Notes under the pieces: generated by a model
What the model was told of the DNA's origin: nothing
Seen by the model: the letters and a program-made list of their open reading frames with translations, nothing else
The model's database searches: none
In this document: piece by piece, positions 55,000-64,000 of the stretch
How positions within the stretch are numbered: position 1 is the first letter of the stretch
How the letters are laid out: the number at the start of each line of letters is the position of its first letter
Assembly (NCBI RefSeq): GCF_036321535.1
Contig: NC_087447.1
Span: 51,586,001-51,650,000, forward strand
DNA: 64,000 nucleotides
Direction: 5' to 3'
From: Camelus dromedarius
Taxonomy: Eukaryota
Program-made: the position numbers and the translations under genes

Positions 55000-55410
55000 G
55001 GAACCCAAACGAGACCGTGGCGCGGAAGGAGACATCTAAGAGGCAGGAACTGCCAAACAGAAAGGAGAGCGCCCAGCCGCAGGCGGAAAGGCCGCGCCAG
55101 AAGCTGGGGACTCAAACCCGGGGGGAGGGAAGAACGAGAGAATGAAAGAAGGGAGAGGCGCGGGACCCGAGCCAACCTGGCCCGCTCTTCCCGCCCTGGG
55201 CTGCTCACTCACCGTTCGCGGGCCCGCGTGGGGCGCCGCCCGGCTGAGCCGACGGGCGCCGGGCGCCGAGGTCAGGCTCATCCCGGCCCCGCGGGCGCTG
55301 GCACTGCGCAGCCCGGCTGCGAGGTACTTGTGGCTGGCGGAAGTGCACCTAGCTCCCTCTGGGGTGTGGGAATCCGTACCCAGGGTGTGGTTAGAAGCCT
55401 GATTGGCCTG
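55000..55410 (-). promoter_or_regulatory. KCTD14: KCTD14 CpG-island promoter
   Basis: Dense CpG around exon 1; ETS motif GGCGGAAGTG at ~55336; CCAAT on the minus strand at ~55402. Confidence 0.75.
55213..55281 (-). CDS. KCTD14: KCTD14 coding exon 1 (MSLTSAPGARRLSRAAPHAGPRT)
   Basis: ATG in a CpG island (gccgggATGA), 69 nt, donor ACG|GTGAGT, phase 0 matching exon 2. Confidence 0.8.
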
Positions 55411-55714
55411 GAATTAGCAGGCTTGTGAAACCCTAAGCTAGTCACTGCCCCTCTTGTGCACGGTGTTCCCTGACAGCCAAATTAGGGGAGGCATTCGCGA
55501 CCTTGAGACTTTACACTCACTACAGTCCTAGGGGGTAAAGAAGCAGCAACATCCATTTTACAAGTAAGAAAAGTGAGGCTGCAGGAGATAGGGTGGCCAA
55601 TGGGGACTATTTATCCACTTCAGATCAACTACTTAAAGTGCAAAGCATGACCACTGACGACAAGAGCTAGGTACCCGTCAGTACCTGTCAGTTATTTTGC
55701 TTAATGACATAATC

Positions 55715-56970
55715 CTTAAGAAAGGAGAACATAACTCCTCAAGTACGGGCTGTGCATAGTGACCTTGTAAAGAGGACGGTATGGAAAGGGATGGGGGGGT
55801 TGTTGGGAGGAAGAGTAATTGTACAGTGGAGAAACTGACAAATACTACCTCAGCCACATAATCAAGACAACATCAAAAGTCGTAAGTCATGATGATACCA
55901 TGTATCCTTGATATGATGTGATGGAAATGGCACTTTATCTCTGTGGTCTTTCTCCCCAGTACACATAACCTTAGTCTAATCATGAGAAAAGCATTAAATT
56001 CCAACAGAGGGCATCCAACAGTATACCTGACAGCAATCCTCAAAACTCAAGATCATCAAAAACAAGGAAAATCTGAGAAAGAATATCAGCCAAGAGTAGC
56101 CTAAGGACACATGACAACGTAATGTAATGTGATTTCCTGGATGAGATCCTGGAACAGAAAAGAGACATTAGGTAAAAACTAAGGAAATATGAATAAACTG
56201 TTTACTTTAATCGTATATCAATATTGGTTCCTTAATTGTAACAAATGTTCCATACTAATGTGATATGTTAAAGATAGGTGAAACTTAGCGTAGGGTATGT
56301 GGGAACTCTGTACTATCTTCACAATTTCTCTGTGAATCTAAAACTGTTCTAAAAAATAAAGTCTAAAAAAATTGACTTAATAACAGTATAACAGCTATGG
56401 AAAATAATATGAAGGTCACCATTATATGATCCAGCAATTCCACTTCTGGTTATATACCCAAAAGAATTACGAGCAGAGTCTCAGAGACATATTTATACAT
56501 CTGTTTTCATAGCAGCACTATTCATAGTACCCAAGAAGTGGAAGCAACTCAACTATCCATCCATGGATGAATGCATAAACGAAAGTGAGATATATGTACA
56601 GTGGAATGTAATTCAGCCTTAAAAAGGAAGGAAATCCTGTTGCATGCTACAGCATGGATGAATCTTGAGGGACATTAAGTGAAATAAGCCAATAACTAAA
56701 AGACAAATACTGATGATTCCACTTATGTGAGATCTAAAGTAGTCAAATTAATAGAAACAGAAAGGAGAATGGTGGTTACCGGGGCTGGGAGGCGGGGAAA
56801 GGGGGACTTGTTTAACAGGTATAGGGTTTCAGTTTTGCATGATGAAAAAGTTCTAGAGATCTGTTTCACAGCAATGTAAAAATATTTAGCACTACTGAAC
56901 TGTACATTTAAAAACTATTAAGATATAAGTTTAATGTTATGTGTTTTTTTACCACAATAAAAAAAGAGAT
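55715..56970 (+). mobile_element. Two adjacent older L1 3' fragments (L1MC/MD-like, then L1MB-like)
   Basis: Characteristic L1M 3'UTR text, each ending in AATAAA plus an A-run. Confidence 0.8.
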
Positions 56971-57369
56971 GACTTTTGGTCATAAACTAATAAACTAATG
57001 GTGCAGAAATTTGGAAAAAAATAAAAACAATAATAACCAGCCAGTATCTGGTGAAAAAAAGCTTTGGAGAGTGACAACTGGGAATGAAACCTCAAACCTG
57101 TCATTTACCAGCTGTGTGATTATCCATCACTTCCTCTCTCAAAAGAGCCCAAATTGCCTCTTTTGTAAAATACATGCAAGTACTTACTTTGCTGGGTTGT
57201 TGGGAGAATTAAACTGAAAAAAATCTACCGTATTCCCAAACTTCCCTAATGCTAAGACTCTCTCAGAATGCTTGTTCAACATCATTCCAGAGCCCCACCT
57301 GAAACCAAATTACCAAGGAAGGGCCTGACAGCCTGCATTTTTTGGAGATGAAAAAGTATTTGAATTTCT

Positions 57370-59985
57370 ACTTACTTATTTTTATTGAAGTATGGTTGAC
57401 TTACAATGTTGTATTAGTTTCAGGTGTACAGCAAAGTGATTCCATTATACATATACATATATACATTTTCAGATTCTTTTCCATTGTAGGTTACTAAAAA
57501 ATATTGAATATAGTTCCTTGTGCTATACAGTAAATCCTTGTTGTTTAGCTATTTTATGTAAAATAGTGTGTGTCTTATTCCCAAGCTCCTGATTTATCCC
57601 TTTCCTCCACCCCTTTCCCCTTTGGTAGCCATAGTTTATTTTCTATGTCTGTGAGTCTATTTCTAGTTTGTAAATAAGTTCATTTGTATAATTTTTTTAA
57701 ATTCCACATATAAGCAATATCATGTGATATTTGGCTTTCTCTGACTTACTTCACTTAATATGATTATCTCTAGGTCCAGCCATGTTGCTGCAAATGGCAT
57801 TATTTCATTCTGTTTTATGGCTGAGTATATATATACACACACTACGTCTTCTTTATCTGTTCATCTGTCAGTGGACATTTAGGTTGCTTCCGAGTCTTGG
57901 CTATTGTAAATAGTGCAGCTTTGAACATTGGGATGCATGTATCTTTTCAAATTAGAGTTTTCTCTGGATATATGCCCAGGAGTGGGATTGCTGGATCTCA
58001 TGGTAACTCTGTTTTTAGTTTTTTAAGGAACCTCCGTGCTGTTCTCCATAATGGCTGCACCAAACTACATTCCTACCAACAGTGTAGGAGGGTTCCTTTT
58101 CTCCACATCCTCTCCAGCATTTATTATTTATAGACTTTTTAGTGATGGCCATTCTGACTGGTATGAAGTGATACCTTATTGTAGTTTTGATTTGCATTTA
58201 TCTAATAATTATTGACATTGAGCATCTTTTCCTACGCCTGTTAGCCATTTGTATGTCTTCTTCGGAAAAATGTCTGCTTAGGTCTTCTGCCCATTGGTTG
58301 ATTTGTTTGATTGTTTGTTTCATTTTAAGCTGTATGTGCTGTTTGTGTAAAATGAATCCCTTGTTGGTCTCATCATTTGCAGATATTTTCTGGTATTCCG
58401 TAGATTGTCTTTTCATTTTGTCTGTGGTTTCCTTTACTATGCAAAAACTTTTAAGTTTAATTAGTTTCCATTTGCTCATTTTTGCTTTTATTTCCATTAC
58501 TCTAGGAGATGGGTCAAAAAGAAATATTGCTGCGATTTATGTCAAAGAGTGTTCTGCTTAGTTTTTCTCTAGGAGTTTTAGAGTATCCTGTCTTACTTTA
58601 GGTCTTTAATCCATTTTGAGTTCATTTTTGTATACAGTGTTAGAGACTGTTCTAATTTCACTCTTTTATATGTAGCTGTCCAGTTTTCCCAGCACCACTT
58701 ATTGAGGAGACTGTCTTTTCTCCATTGTATATTCTTGCCTCCTTTGTCGTAGATTAATTGACCATAAGTGCATAGCCTTATTTCTGGATTTTCTATCCTG
58801 TTCCACTGATATATGTGTCTGTTTTTGTGCCTGTACCATATTGTTTTGATTTTTGAAGCTTTGTAGTATAGTTTGAAGTCAGCGAGTGTGACTCCCTAGC
58901 TCTGTTCTTTTTTCTCAAGATTGTTTTGAGGGGTGGGAATGGATGAATTGGGAGTTCGAGATTTGCAGATACTAACAACTATATATAAAATAGATAAAAA
59001 CCAAGTTTCTTCTGTATAGCACAGGGGACTATATTCGATATCTTATAGTAACCTATAATGAAAAAGAATATGAAAACAAATATATGTATGTATATGTATG
59101 ACTAAAACATTATGCTCTACACCAGAAACAGACACATTATAACTGACTATACTTTAGTTAGGAAGAAGGAAGGAAGGAAGGAAGGAAGGAAGGAAGGAAG
59201 GAAGGAAGGAAGGAAGGAAGGAAAGAAAGAAAGAAAGATTGTTTTGGCTACTCAGGGTCTTTTGTGTTTCCATACAAATTTTAACATTTTTTGTTCCAGT
59301 TCTGTGAAAAATGTCATTGGTAATTTGCTAAGGATTGCATTGAATCTGTGTATTGCCTTGGATAGTATGGCTATTTTAACAATATTGGTATATCTTTCCA
59401 TTTGTTTATGTCATCTTCAATTTCCTTCATCAGTGTCTTATAGTTTTTAGAGTATAGGTCTTTTGCCTCCTGAGGTAGATTTACTCCTAAGTATTTTATT
59501 CTTTTTGATGTGATGGTAAATGGGATTGTTTTCATAATTTCTTTTTCTGATAACTCATTGTTAGTATATAGAAATGCAACAGATTTCTGTATATTAACTT
59601 TGTATCCTGCAAATTTACCTAATTAATTGATGAGCTGTGGTAGTTTTCTAGTAGCATCTTTAGGATTTTCTATGTATAGTATCATGTCATCTGCAAACAG
59701 TGACAATTTTACTTCTTATTTTCCAATTTGTATCCCTTTTATTTCCTTTGCTTCTCTGATTGTTGTGGCTAGGACTTCCAAAACTATGTTGAATAGAAGT
59801 GGCAAGAGTAGTCTTCCTTGTCTTGTTCCTAATCCTAGAGGAAATGCTTTCAGCTTTTCATCATTGAGTATGATGTTAGTTGTGAGTTTGTCATAGATGG
59901 CCTTTATTATGTTGAGGTATGTCTTCTCTATGCCTACTTTTGGAGAGTTTCTATCGTAAATGGATGTTGAATTTTATCAAATGCA
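57370..59985 (-). mobile_element. L1 (3'UTR plus decayed ORF2), about 2.3 kb, interrupted by a nested insertion
   Basis: ORF2-like peptides [11 protein letters not shown]...[17 protein letters not shown] and [11 protein letters not shown]. Confidence 0.93.
58929..59234 (+). mobile_element. Nested L1 3' end whose tail is (GGAA)n(GAAA)n
   Basis: Perfect 12-bp TSD AAGATTGTTTTG (58917-58928 / 59235-59246). Confidence 0.9.
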
Positions 59986-62603
59986 CACAAGATGTGTACC
60001 TTGAACGTTATGACTTGCAAATGGGATTGAGCCATGGGGAGGTAGCTGTGACCTCCTCAAAGCATGCTTCCCTGCCCCCGTGTCTGGATTAGGGAGCCTC
60101 CCATGGGCTCTGCACAGCACATGTGCCCCTTCCCCTTGCACTGTCTGACTCCTCCCAGAGGGCTTGGACTGGGATGATTCCATAGGGAGGCTGTGCTCTG
60201 AAGGGTCCTCACCCCAGAAAGGACTGGACACTTGGAAGGACAGTGGGCACTTCTGACAGCACCAAGAAGTCTGGGCTTTTAGCTTCATTTCCTGTTTCTC
60301 CCAAGGCTCCGGCTGTCCCAAAACAACCTGTACTCCTATGCCTTCTTGCGTTTGTTTCTGCTGTTCCTTGTGTTCATAATACCTTTCCCCACTAGCTCAT
60401 TCTTTCTGGAAAACTCCTACATAGCTTTCAAGGCCCAAGTCAAATGGCCCTCCTCTTCCTTTTAGATCCATGAGCACATTTGACCCTCACCATTCAAACA
60501 GGAATTAGCACCTCCATTTTATGGATGAGGACCCCAAAGCTCCCAGAGATAATGTGCCTCTTTCAGAGTCCTTCAGCACTGGGAGACAAGAGTAGTTCTG
60601 GCTCTGCCATTCATGTGTAACCTTGGCCAAGTCCCTGCCCCTCTCTGGGCCTCAGTTCTCCATCTGTAATATGGTGGGGGTTGGGATATGGCTTGAGATG
60701 GTATCTGGGATCCTGTCTTGCTTGATGCCATGGCAACAAAAGAATTCAGACAGCCCTTTGGTGTTGCCTGTGACTGGATCTTGTTTCCCTTTGGCCTGAA
60801 TCCAAGAGCAAGCACTGCTTTCCTCTGCCCTCCTCCCACTCACTCCATTCTTTGTTCTTTCTTCCTGAGACAAAGCTGCCAGCCCCTCTCCTCTCCAGGC
60901 AGCTGGGCTTTGGGCCAGCCAGCCAAGTGGCAGCTGGGATTCAGATGAAAGGGCCCTCAGAGGGCTGCCTGTGGCGAAGTGCCCAGCCCAGCCCAGCCCA
61001 GGCCTGGCAGCCCCGGGCCCAGCTGTCCCACGAAGCATCCTGCCACCACTCCCACACAAGGCTCCTTTTGTGAGTCCAGCAGTGGGGGAGACCCCTGCCA
61101 ACCCACAAGGACCCTCTTCCCTTCCCTCTGATACATACCCACTTGAGAAATACCCAGGTCTTTAGAGAATGGTCCAGGACTGGACCAGACTGGTTTGACT
61201 TTGGACCAGATGCTTTGGAGAGCTTCATTCCTTTTTATCTTCAGAACAAACAGCAGGTAGTGCTATTCCTCTTTAGAGAAGTGGCACACAGATGCCTGAG
61301 GCCCTACTAAGTATCAATCATGACGTCAGGAAGAGTTGACCAAGGTCATATGTTTCTTCCTCCCTCGCTCTCTTTCTTTCTCCCTCCCTTCCTCTCTTCC
61401 TTCCTTCTTTCCTTTCTTTCTTTTCCAAACACTCTCTAGGGGTGTTTCTTATTTCTTTTTAAATATAGAAGTTATGTGTGGACAACAGATTGTGTGACTT
61501 GGGTTCAAGTCCTTGGCATTAACTGCATGCTCTTATGCTAAGCCTTTCTTCTCTTTGGGCCTCAGTTTTTCTACCTGTCAAATGGGATCACTAGCCTAGG
61601 TAATCTTTAGGTCCCTTTAGTGCAGAGGAATGGGTGGCCCAGAGTTATCCACATTCCCCCGACAGGCCACCCACACTCAAACAGAGGAGCCTACTCACCC
61701 TGGCCTCTGTACCAATCTCTGTCACCTGAGTTTATCAACCATGAGCAACCCAACTTAAACTGCAGTGGATGTGGGTAATGTTTCCACCTGGCTTCTACTC
61801 TCCCTCTTTCTTTGCACAGAACCACAGTTTTCCTCTGGGGACCAGCCCTCCTTTACTCTCTACTGCTATCATCTTGCCACCACATACAGCTTGAGAATGA
61901 AATTGATAAATGAAGGCAAATAGAACTGAGAGATGAGATCCCAGTTCCTGGCTATCATTGGAGCATTGACTAAGCAATGGTGAAGGCCCTACCTCTGGAG
62001 TTTCCAGTTAGGTGACCTGAGGTTATTCCTTTTTGACATAAGCCATTTTACATTGGCTATATCTGTCACTTACATTCTAAAGAAGACCAGTGTGGGGTGG
62101 ATTCTATCCTGGGTCTCTGCTGGTTGTCCTTCCAGATCCTCTCTACCTTTCCCCCCTGTTCTCCACCCTGGGCGGCTGATCCTTAAGGGCTACAGGCATA
62201 GACTCCCATTCCCTCCAGCTTCCATGAATTTAGCCAGTGGGAGTCCAAGTAGGAGGTCAGAGGCTGAGATGAGTCATCATTCCCAGCTCCCTCCCTGCCC
62301 AGTTCCTCTAAGTCAGCTGCGTCCCTCAAGCACCCTCTCCACCCAGCTAACCTCTCTGGTACCTGCTGTCTTCCTCGCCCCTTCAGGCCCCCACAGTTAG
62401 CAGCCCTGGGGGACTGCACTATTCCTTGTTTCTCTCGCCAACCTTCATATCTTGGAAAGGATCCAAGTCCCTTCACTAACCTCTCCCCGAATCCCCAGCT
62501 TGAGGAATCACCTGTGTCCTGGCTGAATGGAGCGTGTGTGTGCTGCGCATCCTCTCTCAATTGCCAGTTGCTCGAGAATTAATCAAGAGTCTGTACAGGA
62601 GGG

Positions 62604-63118
62604 TATGAATGAAAAATACTGCAAGCCATGTCAGTAAACAAAGAATGCTGTGGCCATCAAGTCATCAGCTGCTACTGCCATCCTAACAGTGAGCTCAGGA
62701 TGCAGACAAGCAAGCAGCCTGGCCTCTGGGCCACCCTCAATGGTGCACCCTGAGGGAACTCAGGATGGAAGGCACAGGAGATTGGCCCTGGATAGCTAAG
62801 GTGCACATCAAAGGAATGATTTCAGTGAGCCCAGAACTTTGTGCCTTCCCATACAAAGAAGAGGGCTAAATTCCTTGAGATATCTGGTTTTCCTTAATTA
62901 ACAAACAGCAATCCTTTGATGGTTCCACTACCCAGTCTTTGTTGTAAAACTCCTATCTGTCCCGGCTCCTCCCCTACCTCTTTGGAGCAGTCCGTCAGAG
63001 CCTTAGAGCGAGCTGAGAGGCTGTCATCTTGGGCTCGAGGGTTTCGAGTCCTCAGAAATGTCCACCAAATAAAGCATAACTCTCAACTTTTAGATTGTGC
63101 ATTTTATTTCGGTCCACA
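62604..63118 (+). mobile_element. Solo ERV LTR (~515 bp)
   Basis: Ends ...tcggtccaca, AATAAA at 63068-63073, near-TSD GAGGG/AAGGG. Confidence 0.75.
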
Positions 63119-63129
63119 AAGGGAACTAA

Positions 63130-63910
63130 TTTTTACTGAGTATGCACCATGTGCTAGACTTCAGGCAGGGCACTTCATGTACACGGTTAGATTTCATCTT
63201 CACATTCTATAAAGTAAGTGTTTTTTTTTACAGAAGGTATTTTACAGAAGATAAAACTGAGGCCCCCAAATGGTAAAAGGACTCACTAAAGTCTCATAGC
63301 TGAGTAAGTAGTGGACTCAAGATTTGAAACCCATCCACATCTGGCTCCAAAACCTGTGCCTTTTTGCCACTCTGGGTCCTGCTTTCCAAAATGCCTGGTT
63401 CCTTCTCATCCTTTAGGTCTTAGCTTAAATGTCACCTCTCCCAAGAGGCCTTCCCTGACCACTCTATTGGAAGGAAGTCATCAGTGATATTCTTTTTCAT
63501 AGCACATTGTGCTTCTCCTTCACAATGTGTATTTGTTTGTTTATTTAATGTCTGTTCCACTCATTAGACTAAGCTCTCCGAAGGCAGTCACTCTCCATAC
63601 TGGTTTTGTTCACCACTCTCTTCCCGATGCAAGCACAGTTGCCTGCTCTACACCAGGACCCAGATAAATACTTGTTAAATGAAAAATAAGGCAAAGAAAA
63701 GCATTAAGTGCCTGCCTAACATCAGGCATTTCATATGATTTCTGACCTTATTTTCTCTTCACAACTATCTTGCTAGGTACAGGTTGTTGTCCCATTTTGC
63801 TGGCAGAGGTCAGAGAGGGAATGTGACTCTTCCAAAGTCACACAGCCTAGAGCTGGGGTTCAAATGCAAGTCTGCCTGATATTACAGCTGTGCTTGTTCC
63901 CCAGTGCTCC
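63130..63910. mobile_element. MIR-L2-MIR cluster; many other MIR/L2 fragments are scattered through the window (e.g. ~1500-1890, 5230-5670, 7900-8630, 11930-12440, 51860-52030, 53690-54380)
   Basis: MIR core (tttacagaagataaaactgaggc, gatttgaaaccc) and L2 3' end (aaatgtcacctctcc, ataaatacttgttaaatgaa). Confidence 0.7.
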
Positions 63911-64000
63911 TCTGTCCCCGACGTAGGAGCTCGCAGAGGGGAAAGAGCTGATCAGTGGAACTCATGTGAATCATTCCTGGACAAACAGAAACTGCAGGGA

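Noticed and set aside
54705..55428. ORFs of 66-167 aa around KCTD14 exon 1
   Set aside because: GC-rich promoter/intron artefacts apart from the 23-codon exon
60000..64000. Search for THRSP or NDUFC2 exons expected by synteny
   Set aside because: No recognisable coding sequence; presumably beyond the right edge
1..64000. CRISPR arrays, operons or prokaryotic defence-type systems
   Set aside because: Sequence is mammalian; no regularly spaced repeat-spacer array or unexplained long ORF was seen

Overview
Mammalian, intron-rich genomic DNA, not prokaryotic. The tRNA-derived SINEs resemble camelid Vic-1, and I saw no Alu, Bov-A/tA, PRE-1 or CanSINE, so a camelid source is inferred. The window holds the 5' half of INTS4 (Integrator subunit 4, minus strand). 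Coding exons 1-11 run from 40875 down to 945 and total 1374 nt (458 codons) with phase-consistent GT-AG junctions; the gene continues off the left edge. It also holds the CpG-island promoter of INTS4 and the complete two-exon KCTD14 gene (minus strand, 243 aa). The intergenic DNA to the right lies towards THRSP/NDUFC2 by recalled human synteny; those genes are not visible here. The rest is mostly interspersed repeats: L1, L2, MIR, CR1, SINEs, ERV1/ERVL LTRs, an ERV-L internal relic, Tigger1 and hAT elements. I found no evidence of a new protein-coding system. The most notable signals are regulatory or evolutionary and are hypotheses to test: repeated RFX X-box palindromes, a co-oriented solo LTR just upstream of INTS4, a possibly LTR-donated KCTD14 poly(A) signal, a divergent U1 site at the INTS4 promoter, a divergent KCTD14, nested or young retro-insertions and microsatellite fold-back palindromes. 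Repeat family names and human comparisons come from recall, not from a database search.
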